Below, one piece after another: positions 52,521 through 61,150 of a stretch of DNA of 64,000 nucleotides. The notes under the pieces are model-generated. The model had not been told where the DNA came from, made no database searches, and was given only the letters and a program-made list of their open reading frames with translations. Both the position numbers and the translations under genes were made by a program. Source of the DNA: an uncultured virus (IMG/VR IMGVR_UViG_3300018080_000161) (Duplodnaviria > Heunggongvirae > Uroviricota > Caudoviricetes); the IMG/VR virus record IMGVR_UViG_3300018080_000161. One strand, written 5' to 3'. Positions within the stretch are counted from its first letter, which is position 1, and each line of letters begins with the position of its first letter.

Positions 52521-53554
52521 TGGCAACTGAGAAGACTTGGGTCACAGATGCGAACTGGGTTGCCTACACCGGGGGCAGTTACTTGAACTGCGGGCAGAAC
52601 CTCCTGCTCAAACTCAAGAACAAGATCGTAGCTTCCGGGGGCTGGACGGTAGTTGGCAGCTCGGACGGCGTGTCCAATTACGAGTACGAGGGAGTGACCG
52701 GGGGCGGTTCGTACGGGGGAGATAGTACAGGTCCCTATGACGTGTGGGCAGACATCGGGGACGTGCGCCGCGCAGCGGACGGGTCGAGCCCCGGCTGGTG
52801 CCTCCTGAAAGGGCCTACAAGCGATGGCTGGACCATGTACCTGGTCATCGCCATGGAGGGCACGTCCGATTCCACGGACAACGGGTACCTGGCCCTAGCG
52901 GACAAGAACTGGTTGTTGCACCCAGACGGGGCAATCTTGTACCTGCCGGTCGCAGACCCGGATGCCAAGACGGTTTCGATCACACGTCGGAAGTTCTTCG
53001 GGATGTACTCCGGAACCTACACGACCAGGGCATATCTGAGCATGTGCCCAGCGGACGGGAGTTTCTTCCTGTCCCACAACCTCACCATTCGAACCTATTG
53101 GACCGGGTTCATACACGTCGCGAAGCTGGATCCGACCACGGTTCCTTCTGGTTGGCCCCCGTGGTTCATCGGGATCCACGGAGATGGCATAGCTATCTAC
53201 GATAGTGCGGCGTACTGGAAGGTGTTCACGTCCGATGAGTGGTGTGATCCGAGTCTCATCGAAGTAGCCATGTGGGCCAAGCCGTATCGCTACAACAACG
53301 TGGACATCATGAACACCGATCTGAGCACGGTTGACTGTAACGGCGAGGCGGCTCTGTTTCCGTTCTTCGTCTGTGTCCCCCGCGAGATCAGCAACCTCGA
53401 ATACAACTCTGCCGCCTATGGACGGGTTCAGGATGGGTGGATTGCGCCCAGGGGTTTGACCGACGAGGACACGGTCCCGAGCGCTTCGCCTGAGTACTAC
53501 AAGTGTGTGTATTGGATGCTCCCAGGGGATACGACCCCGCAGGTAGGTCCGTGA
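52520..53554 (+). CDS. paralogue array member 7
   Basis: EKTW, WTVVGSSDG, GPYDVW, ADGSF; closest to member 5 domain. Confidence 0.8.
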   Translation: MATEKTWVTDANWVAYTGGSYLNCGQNLLLKLKNKIVASGGWTVVGSSDGVSNYEYEGVTGGGSYGGDSTGPYDVWADIGDVRRAADGSSPGWCLLKGPTSDGWTMYLVIAMEGTSDSTDNGYLALADKNWLLHPDGAILYLPVADPDAKTVSITRRKFFGMYSGTYTTRAYLSMCPADGSFFLSHNLTIRTYWTGFIHVAKLDPTTVPSGWPPWFIGIHGDGIAIYDSAAYWKVFTSDEWCDPSLIEVAMWAKPYRYNNVDIMNTDLSTVDCNGEAALFPFFVCVPREISNLEYNSAAYGRVQDGWIAPRGLTDEDTVPSASPEYYKCVYWMLPGDTTPQVGP

Positions 53555-53560
53555 GGTAAC

Positions 53561-54559
53561 ATGGCGATCCTACAGAAAGACTGGCATCAGCCCTACACCT
53601 ACCAGCTACTCACGAGAGCCGGGACATCGTACGAACGTACGCGCAACATGCTTTTCTTCATCAAGCAGGGCCTACTCAGTCATCCGACATCGCCGTGGAC
53701 AGTCGTCGCCAGTGGGAATGAGTCTGTGGCCTCGCTGGCAGACAACTGGAGTGCGTACACGGATGTTTTGAGGGGATACAACGACACCGACCCCGGTTCG
53801 TGGATTGTGCTCAAGTCGCCTGCGGGCTACTACCCCGAACTGTGGTTGCTGCTCGACTACACGACTCCTTCTGTGGACTACCGTTCGAGGGTCTATCTCA
53901 CGACGGTCGAACCAGACATCTCCAGCTTGTCGCCCTACCGCGTGCCAGAAATCGTCGGACCTTCGTGTGGGAGGGACGAGGTACAGCTTCAGTACTCGAC
54001 AGGATCCGGGCACTACAAGGATTTCATCTCGATGGTCGTGGCTGCGGACGGCAGCTTCGTCGTGACAGGTCCGAGCGACCCGTACCGCTACAGCACCCGC
54101 AACATGTGGTGGCCTGCGGAGCTCAACCTGTTCTTCTTCAACCGAATGCGGGACACGAACCCGCTCGACCCCTACGGCTTCGCGTTGGGCATGTCGAACG
54201 CCGACACCAACTGTCTCGTCAACTTCTCTGGGACCACGTGGTCGGGAGCCAACATCCACACGATCCATCCTGACGGTGAGGAAGCTCTGTGCGCGGCGGT
54301 GTGGCCCGGCACCGGAAGCGCTTCCGAGCTCCTGATGATGCGGGACGACTATTGGAAGAACTGGCGCCCGCAGGCTTGGCCCATCGAGATCCTGTCGGTC
54401 ACGACGGACAAGGAGTCGAAGAAGGGCACGCTCGAGGACATGTGGTGGGGCTCGAGGTGGGCACCGTGCTGGGGCCAACCAGGCTTCGAGGGCGAGGACA
54501 TGGTAGCCATGCAGAAGGGCATCCTCTGGCTACCCTGCAACGAACCGTACAGGTGGTGA
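53561..54559 (+). CDS. paralogue array member 8
   Basis: LQKDW, WTVVAS, SWIVLKSP, ADGSF, GTLEDMWWG. Confidence 0.8.
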   Translation: MAILQKDWHQPYTYQLLTRAGTSYERTRNMLFFIKQGLLSHPTSPWTVVASGNESVASLADNWSAYTDVLRGYNDTDPGSWIVLKSPAGYYPELWLLLDYTTPSVDYRSRVYLTTVEPDISSLSPYRVPEIVGPSCGRDEVQLQYSTGSGHYKDFISMVVAADGSFVVTGPSDPYRYSTRNMWWPAELNLFFFNRMRDTNPLDPYGFALGMSNADTNCLVNFSGTTWSGANIHTIHPDGEEALCAAVWPGTGSASELLMMRDDYWKNWRPQAWPIEILSVTTDKESKKGTLEDMWWGSRWAPCWGQPGFEGEDMVAMQKGILWLPCNEPYRW

Positions 54560-54560
54560 C

Positions 54561-54797
54561 ATGGCGAGCTACGACTTCAACAGACCGACCTCGTTCGCAG
54601 AGGTCCAGCCCTTCGAGAAGGTGGGCACGGGCGTCGCCACACCGACCCTGAAGAAGTTTTTCTTCCAACGCGCGTGGAACACGGTGTGGGGTGCGTACGA
54701 GACGTGGATCACTGAGGCAGTCCCCGACCCGAACCCCCCGAGCGGGGACGCCATCACGGGGTTGACCACCGCAGGCTTCTGGAAGGAAGTCGTCTAG
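54561..54797 (+). CDS. second stand-alone small domain of the array
   Basis: FFQRAWNTVWGAYETW..PPSG. Confidence 0.7.
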   Translation: MASYDFNRPTSFAEVQPFEKVGTGVATPTLKKFFFQRAWNTVWGAYETWITEAVPDPNPPSGDAITGLTTAGFWKEVV

Positions 54798-54970
54798 CCC
54801 TTCTTTTTCGGAGGGCAGGGCGCCGGGACCAGGCCGTTCGGCGAGTCCCGCCAGCACTCACCAGACTCGACGTCCTCGTAGGTGCCGTCAGGGTGGATCA
54901 CGATGTTTTTCCAGCTCGGGCCGCACGCGACGGCGCCGACGAGTAACAAGAGCAGAACCAGCTTCTTCAT
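54794..54970 (-). CDS. small lipoprotein
   Basis: MKKLVLLLLLVGAVA-C lipobox; GGAGG SD; TATCAT upstream. Confidence 0.75.
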   Translation of the reverse strand: MKKLVLLLLLVGAVACGPSWKNIVIHPDGTYEDVESGECWRDSPNGLVPAPCPPKKKG

Positions 54971-55015
54971 GGATGCCTCCTCTCTGGTATGATACCGCAC
55001 GGGCTCACTGCGGTG

Positions 55016-55043
55016 TTGACAATCACGTGCAACTTCATATCTT
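55016..55043 (+). promoter_or_regulatory. sigma70-type promoter
   Basis: TTGACA-16-TATCTT, divergent from lipoprotein gene. Confidence 0.65.
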
Positions 55044-55350
55044 AGGCGAAGTGCTTGGAGGGTGACGAGGTGGTATCCTTGCGGTTTGGAGGTGCATCAT
55101 GGGCGAAGCAATCGAAGAAGCCGTCGATACTTCTCAAGCCGCCAACGACAAGCGCAATCCAGACGCCGATAGTCTGGCGCGCCCCCGCCCTCCAGAAAGA
55201 GACAGTTCCGGTGGATACGAGGTTGCTCCTCCGACAGGCCAAGGACCGTTTATCTCGGGCCCTGCCTGAGTTGGTCGCCTACGTCGGTACCGTCGTCTTC
55301 CTCGCTGCCTGCGCCTACGGCTTGGCCCGTGCGCTGCTCGGAGGTGATCC

Positions 55351-55707
55351 GTGATCTTGTTCGTACGACCGCGTGAGTTCCCGCCCGAGGTCCGGTACTT
55401 CGAAGTGCCCGACCGTCTTCTCAACCACGTTGCTCCCGACCTGCTCGCCCGTCCCGTCCTGCACGCACTGGGACCTCGGGCCGAGCTCATGGGCTACGGT
55501 GCCATCCGGCCGGCTCACAGCCAGGTCGAGATCGAAGACGTGTTCACCTTCCTGTCGGGTGAGATCGTCAAGCAGCTCGACTTCGACAACCGCGACCTGC
55601 TTCGGGAGCTCGTCGAACGCTGGCCCATCGTCATGGAGACGTTCGCCCAGGAAGGCAGCCACAAGGGGCTCTCGGAGTCGATTCGATCCACGCAGGCTGT
55701 GATATAG
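55351..55707 (+). CDS. hypothetical protein
   Basis: GGAGG SD, GTG start. Confidence 0.6.
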   Translation: MILFVRPREFPPEVRYFEVPDRLLNHVAPDLLARPVLHALGPRAELMGYGAIRPAHSQVEIEDVFTFLSGEIVKQLDFDNRDLLRELVERWPIVMETFAQEGSHKGLSESIRSTQAVI

Positions 55708-55714
55708 TCGAGAC

Positions 55715-56002
55715 ATGAACAACCGCATGAACCGGATCCTTGCCGAGGTCCGCAGCACCCTCGCCGAAGATGACGCCACGCCGACCACCGAACCGGTGAC
55801 CGAGGGTGTCAACGAGAAGGAGCTCGGCATGCTCAAGTACCTGTTCCAGGCCCCCGCGTACCATGGCGGTAATTGGACGAGCATGGACAGGGCCGGGCAG
55901 AAGAAAGGGGAGAAGGTCTGTCTCGAGCTCTACAAGAAGGGCTTGGTGGACATCGCCTTCAGGACGACTTCGAAGGGGAGCGACATCGCTCGAGGCGGCT
56001 GA
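55715..56002 (+). CDS. hypothetical protein, leaderless
   Basis: TG-A-TATAGT 6 nt before ATG; shared N-terminal helix. Confidence 0.65.
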   Translation: MNNRMNRILAEVRSTLAEDDATPTTEPVTEGVNEKELGMLKYLFQAPAYHGGNWTSMDRAGQKKGEKVCLELYKKGLVDIAFRTTSKGSDIARGG

Positions 56003-56358
56003 TGACTCCCTCCGAGCTTCTCTTCGCTGTCCTTCCGGTTCTCACGGATCAGGAAGCAGTCATCGTCTTCGTACCGCGTGCTCACTTCCGCGAGAACACG
56101 ACCATCCTCGAGAACGTTGAGGTCGAAGTGCTCCCCGAGGGGGTCGAGCAGATCGAAGGCTGCATCTACTCGTTCTCACAGCCTTACGATCGGTTGCTCG
56201 AGCAGCTCGAAGAGCTCGGCTACGCGGAGGAAGGTGACATCACGGACCTGGCGGCTCGCAACTTCGACTTCCCGGAGAACCTTCAGGTCACGTTGCCCGA
56301 GCAGACGAAGTGGGGTCTGGACGAGACAGGACGGGTATGGTTGCCACCGGTTCGATGA
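56002..56358 (+). CDS. acidic hypothetical protein
   Basis: TGATG coupling. Confidence 0.6.
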   Translation: MTPSELLFAVLPVLTDQEAVIVFVPRAHFRENTTILENVEVEVLPEGVEQIEGCIYSFSQPYDRLLEQLEELGYAEEGDITDLAARNFDFPENLQVTLPEQTKWGLDETGRVWLPPVR

Positions 56359-56516
56359 CGCTGCGCAAGCGCCTGCGCTTCGCTTGGACGAAGGTCAGGA
56401 TCAGCTACAGGCTGTGGTGCCTGCGACGCAAGCATGCGAAGACCCAGAAGGCTTGGGCGAAGATGCCCCAGCCTCGCTACGACGACGTGTATTACGAAGG
56501 ACTGCCTTTGGAGTGA
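56355..56516 (+). CDS. small basic protein
   Basis: ATGA overlap. Confidence 0.45.
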   Translation: MTLRKRLRFAWTKVRISYRLWCLRRKHAKTQKAWAKMPQPRYDDVYYEGLPLE

Positions 56517-56518
56517 CG

Positions 56519-56662
56519 ATGGGCAAGCGAGACCGGCGCCGCAAGCGCGCCAAGCAGAAAGAACGACACGAAGCAGCAGCGAAGCTCGAGCGAGCGTCAC
56601 AGCAGGGGGAAACGGCGGCACGGACCGGCGTATGGAGGGCTGACCCACCCCCACAAGCGTGA
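56519..56662 (+). CDS. small basic protein
   Basis: GGAG SD. Confidence 0.4.
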   Translation: MGKRDRRRKRAKQKERHEAAAKLERASQQGETAARTGVWRADPPPQA

Positions 56663-56689
56663 TAGGTTGGAAGCAGAAAGAGGTTCACG

Positions 56690-56965
56690 ATGAACTCACG
56701 ATGTCGCCGGTTGACCGTCCGGACCGAACAGCAGGAGACTCCCGCCCCCATGGAGGAAGCGGCTTCTACTGCCGACCTGAAGCTCGTCAAAAACGCGATC
56801 GAGTACATCCGCTACATGGGCGGCAGCAACTTCTTCGTCGAGAAGCCCCAGGAACTGGCGAAGTACGCGGAGCTCGCCAAGAAGGGGTACTTCCAACTGG
56901 CGGTCATCCCGACTTCCAAGGCCCACAAGGAAGTGGACGCGGCGTGGAAGGCAGGCAAGCTGTGA
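56690..56965 (+). CDS. hypothetical protein (start uncertain)
   Basis: Coding-like; alternative start at MEEAAST with AGGAG SD. Confidence 0.5.
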   Translation: MNSRCRRLTVRTEQQETPAPMEEAASTADLKLVKNAIEYIRYMGGSNFFVEKPQELAKYAELAKKGYFQLAVIPTSKAHKEVDAAWKAGKL

Positions 56966-57351
56966 GTCGCCGCCAGCGTTTGATCCAAGAAGGGCGCCAG
57001 CTTACCGAGGCACGCAACCCGGCGCGCAACATGATCGGCGTGGAGGCGCAGGGCAAGGCACTGCTCGCCAAGGTCGAGCCGTTGCGCAAGGAAGTCGACG
57101 CCTTGTACGACGAGCTTCAGAAGAAGTCGAAAGCGTGGTTGCGCAAGTACGGTGACGAACGGCCCGAAGGTCTGATGCAGATCTTCCATGCCATGAGCAT
57201 CCTGGGCGATGCGAAGATGCGGTACTCGCGGCTCGCTCACGAACTGCGAGACCTCGACCGGCTTCAGACAGCGTACGCACAGAAGCAGCCGAAAAACTTC
57301 CAAGACCTCGAGCTCGCCATCCGCACCCCCGACGAGCCGCCGGCCGACTAG
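56962..57351 (+). CDS. hypothetical helical protein
   Basis: GTGA overlap; RQRLIQEGRQLTEA N-terminus. Confidence 0.55.
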   Translation: MSRRQRLIQEGRQLTEARNPARNMIGVEAQGKALLAKVEPLRKEVDALYDELQKKSKAWLRKYGDERPEGLMQIFHAMSILGDAKMRYSRLAHELRDLDRLQTAYAQKQPKNFQDLELAIRTPDEPPAD

Positions 57352-57959
57352 GGCCACGTGAGCTCGTCGATGAACAGGTCGGCCTCGTCCATGAGCGCCT
57401 GAAGTTTCTCCTCGACCTGCGCCACCGTCAACGAACCGACACCCGGTACCGGCACGCTCTTGGTCGAGTCGTAGTCGGGCTTGAGCGTGCGCGTGGGGTA
57501 GCTGGCGTACGCGTCCAAGATCACTTGCTTGTAGTCCGTCCCGAACTCGACCATGCCCTCGAGCCCAGCGTTCGACGCGGTACCTCTGATGGCGTTGAAG
57601 CGGGAGGTGAAGATCGCCACGGCCGCCTGACGACCGTCATAGGAGGAGTCGAAGGGGAGCTCGAGCGCGGGGTTGACCGAGCCGACAGCTCCGGCGAGGT
57701 AGGCTTCCGCATAGTTGATCGCCTCGACTGCCTGGTCGTGCGAGACGCTGGTCTGTGTCGTCCACAAGCCGACGAGCAGACTGTACGCGGAGAAGCTCGA
57801 GGTCTTCTCGATGTCCACGGTGGTCGTGTACGCACCGTTGTAGGGCACCCCGTAGAGCTCGAGGTTGGCAATGATGATGGTCTTGACCTCGTTCTGGGCG
57901 TTCGTGACGGTCACTGCCTCGAGCGCGGTCCTTTTCGCTTCCCAGTCGAGCTTCGCCAT
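57348..57959 (-). CDS. hypothetical protein, leaderless
   Basis: Minus-strand codon usage; TG-G-TAAGCT 6 nt before ATG. Confidence 0.7.
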   Translation of the reverse strand: MAKLDWEAKRTALEAVTVTNAQNEVKTIIIANLELYGVPYNGAYTTTVDIEKTSSFSAYSLLVGLWTTQTSVSHDQAVEAINYAEAYLAGAVGSVNPALELPFDSSYDGRQAAVAIFTSRFNAIRGTASNAGLEGMVEFGTDYKQVILDAYASYPTRTLKPDYDSTKSVPVPGVGSLTVAQVEEKLQALMDEADLFIDELTWP

Positions 57960-58066
57960 GAGCTCAGCTTACCATGCGCGCCAAAAGAGAAGGCCCCGAC
58001 TTTCGTCGAGGCCCTCTAGACGGTTGCTGCACGCAACACAGTCTGGCCCTTCCAGGGTAACCCATC

Positions 58067-58094
58067 TTGACAACAAGTCAACACGTGATATGTT
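58067..58094 (+). promoter_or_regulatory. sigma70-type promoter, leaderless
   Basis: TTGACA-16-TATGTT with extended TG; ATG 6 nt downstream. Confidence 0.8.
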
Positions 58095-58100
58095 GGGGGC

Positions 58101-58463
58101 ATGCTCGACTTCAAAGAGGGCCAGTACGTGGTGGGTATCTGGTTCATCGCGTACGGGGACAAGGACATCCTCGCGACGCTCGCGCAGGCCGAGAAGGGCT
58201 GGGTCATGCGCTGGCGCTTCCTGTACTACGTTCCGGAGCCCGGTCAGAAGGCGCAGAGCGCGTACACGGGCGAGCTACCCGACGCGACTGAAGAAGAGGC
58301 GCTCGAGATCGCGAAGAAGAGCTTCCGCGAGATGGCGTTCGGGACAGGAGGCGAACTGCACGAGCTCCTCGTCCAGACCTCGGACATGAGCGTCATCCTC
58401 GACCGGCTCCGGAAGCAGCCATGGTGCCACACGAAGAAAATCGACGCCCTGGTCGCAAATTGA
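58101..58463 (+). CDS. hypothetical protein
   Basis: Starts at predicted TSS. Confidence 0.7.
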   Translation: MLDFKEGQYVVGIWFIAYGDKDILATLAQAEKGWVMRWRFLYYVPEPGQKAQSAYTGELPDATEEEALEIAKKSFREMAFGTGGELHELLVQTSDMSVILDRLRKQPWCHTKKIDALVAN

Positions 58464-58561
58464 AGAAATCGACCACCTCTATGTCCCAAAAACGGCTTCT
58501 CGCCGGCAGTAGTTATCAGGAAGGCCGTCCCTTCCGGTGTAGCTACTGACAGGAGGTAGAG

Positions 58562-58882
58562 ATGAACGGCTGCGAACACGACTGGGAATACCAAGACAAG
58601 TACACCAAGCGGAGCTCCGACGTGCGGCGGCACAGGTGCCGCAAGTGCGGGATCTGGGCGTGGCAGACGAAGCCCAACCGGTGGGACGGGTTCAAGCCCA
58701 AGCCTATCCGGCCGTACAGGGGGCCCGTGACGGAGCCGCTGTCCTCGTGGCTCAACTCCCTGTACCGGGAGCAGGAAACGTGGGCTGAGCGCCCTCCTAG
58801 CCCCGGCAACGCCCGGATCGAAGAGACACCCATGGAGCTCGCGGTCTACGACCCCGAGTATCATGACCCCGGAGAGCTATGA
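58562..58882 (+). CDS. small zinc-binding protein
   Basis: CEHDW...CRKC; AGGAGG SD. Confidence 0.6.
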   Translation: MNGCEHDWEYQDKYTKRSSDVRRHRCRKCGIWAWQTKPNRWDGFKPKPIRPYRGPVTEPLSSWLNSLYREQETWAERPPSPGNARIEETPMELAVYDPEYHDPGEL

Positions 58883-59616
58883 TCCGACCGTTCTTCACGT
58901 TCTACGGGGGCAAGTGGCGAGCTGTCCCGAAGTACCCGAGCCCTCAGTACCCCACGATCGTGGAACCGTTCGCCGGCAGCGCGGGGTATGCCGTCAGGTA
59001 CGCCGACCGGCAGGTCATCTTGTGCGACACCGACCCGAAGATCACGAGGGTGTGGAGCTACCTCATCCACGTGAGCCCGGAGGAACTGCTCAACCTACCC
59101 GACCTGCCCGACCACGTCCACGTGGACACGCTCCCTGTCTGCCAGGAAGCCAAGTGGTTGATCGGCTACTGGTTGAACAAGGGCTCCGCGCAGCCACGCA
59201 ACTTTCCTTCCGCGTGGATGCGCTCGAGGGTGCGTCCCGGCTCCTACTGGGGCGAACGGGTGAGGAAGGTGCTGGCCGCGCAGGTGCCTCTGATCAGGCA
59301 CTGGAAGGTGTACGAGTGCAGTTACGAGCAGTGCCCATACGAGGGGCCCGCGACGTGGTTCCTCGACCCGCCCTACCAGCACGCGGGCAAGCACTACCAG
59401 CACGGTTCGAAATTCATCGACTACGAAGGGTTGGGCCAGTGGGCCCGAGCTCGACAAGGTCAAGTGATCGTCTGCGAGAACGAAGGGGCGACGTGGCTCC
59501 CGTTCGAACCGCTGGGGGCAACGAAGGCCACCCCTGGTCGATTTCGGGAGGGTTACTCCAAGGAGGTGATAGCGACATGGCTCAATTCGAAATGTGGTTC
59601 GTGGTCCGGAGACTGA
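58879..59616 (+). CDS. Dam-like DNA adenine methyltransferase
   Basis: FYGGKWR, EPFAGSA, FLDPPY. Confidence 0.85.
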   Translation: MIRPFFTFYGGKWRAVPKYPSPQYPTIVEPFAGSAGYAVRYADRQVILCDTDPKITRVWSYLIHVSPEELLNLPDLPDHVHVDTLPVCQEAKWLIGYWLNKGSAQPRNFPSAWMRSRVRPGSYWGERVRKVLAAQVPLIRHWKVYECSYEQCPYEGPATWFLDPPYQHAGKHYQHGSKFIDYEGLGQWARARQGQVIVCENEGATWLPFEPLGATKATPGRFREGYSKEVIATWLNSKCGSWSGD

Positions 59617-59918
59617 GGCACCAACCGACGCTTCCGTCCGGCCGGACTCCCAAGGTCAAGCTCGAGTACGAGGTCGTGGGCGCTGTCTACCAGACCAAGG
59701 TGGAGGTGGCGCCGAAGGAGCAGGACGTCCTCGACCTGTTGCTCGGCCTCGAGTACCTCGACCGGGGCTACGATGACGACGACAACCCGCTGTTCACCGT
59801 CAAGGACGTCATGCACGACGACAGCGGCAAGTTCACCGTGGACACCGGGGAGTTCTGGATCGAACTGCGTCCCGTCAAGCCGCCCCCGCTCGCGATTCCG
59901 GTAACCCACCCCTGCTAA
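59577..59918 (+). CDS. hypothetical protein
   Basis: AAGGAGGT SD. Confidence 0.6.
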   Translation: MAQFEMWFVVRRLRHQPTLPSGRTPKVKLEYEVVGAVYQTKVEVAPKEQDVLDLLLGLEYLDRGYDDDDNPLFTVKDVMHDDSGKFTVDTGEFWIELRPVKPPPLAIPVTHPC

Positions 59919-60077
59919 TCAACTTCAAACATTCAGGGCAAACGCACCTTTTCTCGAGCACTTGCGGGATTGAGCTTGCCAATAACTGATTTTTGCGAGA
60001 CTGTGGGTTCCAGAAACAGGAAAGGCGACGTTGCCGCGTCGCCTTCCACCCCGCAAGGGGAGACATAGGAGGACCCA

Positions 60078-60767
60078 ATGTCTGAAGAAACGGTGCCTGA
60101 GAGCACGCCCGAAGTCAATGGAAACGGCAAGTACCAAGGGGGCACGGTAGCGGACGCCATCGCGTGGTGCGACGACAAGGTCAAGAGACACGACCTGGGG
60201 AGTGAGAAGTCGCAGCATGTCCGAGCTCTCGGCTATCTCGCGGTCGGCATCCAAGACGACGAGGACCACAGCGCCGCCTGGGCACGCAAGCACCTCGCGA
60301 TGCTGAAGGAGCGGTGGATTCACCGGACCAACGGGAAGGCTAAGTCCGGACGAGTCTACGAGACCAAGGCAGCCTTCGTTCTCGACAACTACATGCGCTG
60401 GCTCGAGAACCCGGCCGGCTTCGAGTTTCAGGGACTGCGCGCACCGAAGACCCCGAAGGTGCCGAAGCCGCCGAAGATGCCGAGCTCCGAGCCGGCACCA
60501 GAACCTCAAACTCCCGAAGAGGACTGCGTGAACGAGATCATTCACTGCTCTCTTCCGGACGGCACGTACGCCCAGATCGTTCTACCCGGCCACTTCAGCC
60601 GTCATACTCTCGAGCTCGAGCACGTCATTGCCATCGCTGAGTGTCTGGCGACGAATGCAGGGCTGACCCCGGAAGAGGCTGGGCATGTCGGAGCTCGCAT
60701 GGCGATGAGGAGCTTCGAATACGACTACACCCGTGGGGCTCCGGAGCAGATGTTCGGAAATGGTTGA
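60078..60767 (+). CDS. hypothetical protein
   Basis: AGGAGG SD; PKxPKxPK linker. Confidence 0.65.
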   Translation: MSEETVPESTPEVNGNGKYQGGTVADAIAWCDDKVKRHDLGSEKSQHVRALGYLAVGIQDDEDHSAAWARKHLAMLKERWIHRTNGKAKSGRVYETKAAFVLDNYMRWLENPAGFEFQGLRAPKTPKVPKPPKMPSSEPAPEPQTPEEDCVNEIIHCSLPDGTYAQIVLPGHFSRHTLELEHVIAIAECLATNAGLTPEEAGHVGARMAMRSFEYDYTRGAPEQMFGNG

Positions 60768-60792
60768 CTTTGTGTTTTGCTGTTGCTAAACA
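60764..60792 (+). promoter_or_regulatory. possible promoter of the HTH gene, leaderless
   Basis: TTGACT-17-TAAACA; GCTAAACA direct repeat; ATG 7 nt downstream. Confidence 0.4.
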
Positions 60793-60799
60793 GCTAAAC

Positions 60800-61138
60800 A
60801 TGAAGTTCGGAGAACGTCTTCGGGCGTTGCGTAAGCAGCGCGGGTTGGGACTCAGGGAGTTTTCGAAGAAAGCGGGGCTGAGTCCGACCTACATCTCCCG
60901 GCTCGAGAACGGCAAAGAGAACGAGCCGCGCAAGGAAAAGACACTGCTGAAGATGGCAGCCGCGCTCGAGGTGGACCCGGATTTCCTCCTCGCGTGCGTC
61001 GGGGAGGTCTCGTCCGTGGTGCGTGCCCGGATGAAGGCCAACCCCGTGCTCTTCTCGTTCGTGATCAAGATGCTCGAGGAGGGTCCGGAAGATCAGATAG
61101 AGAGGGCCACGCGGGCAGTCCGCGATGGAAAGTGGTGA
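60800..61138 (+). CDS. XRE-family HTH transcriptional regulator
   Basis: FGERLRALRKQRGLGLREFSKKAGLSPTYISRLENGK. Confidence 0.9.
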   Translation: MKFGERLRALRKQRGLGLREFSKKAGLSPTYISRLENGKENEPRKEKTLLKMAAALEVDPDFLLACVGEVSSVVRARMKANPVLFSFVIKMLEEGPEDQIERATRAVRDGKW

Positions 61139-61150
61139 AAGGAACGACCC

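Noticed and set aside
44100..54797. Diversity-generating retroelement or invertase shufflon behind the paralogue array
   Set aside because: No reverse transcriptase or recombinase recognised, no adenine-specific TR/VR pair seen, all members in the same orientation
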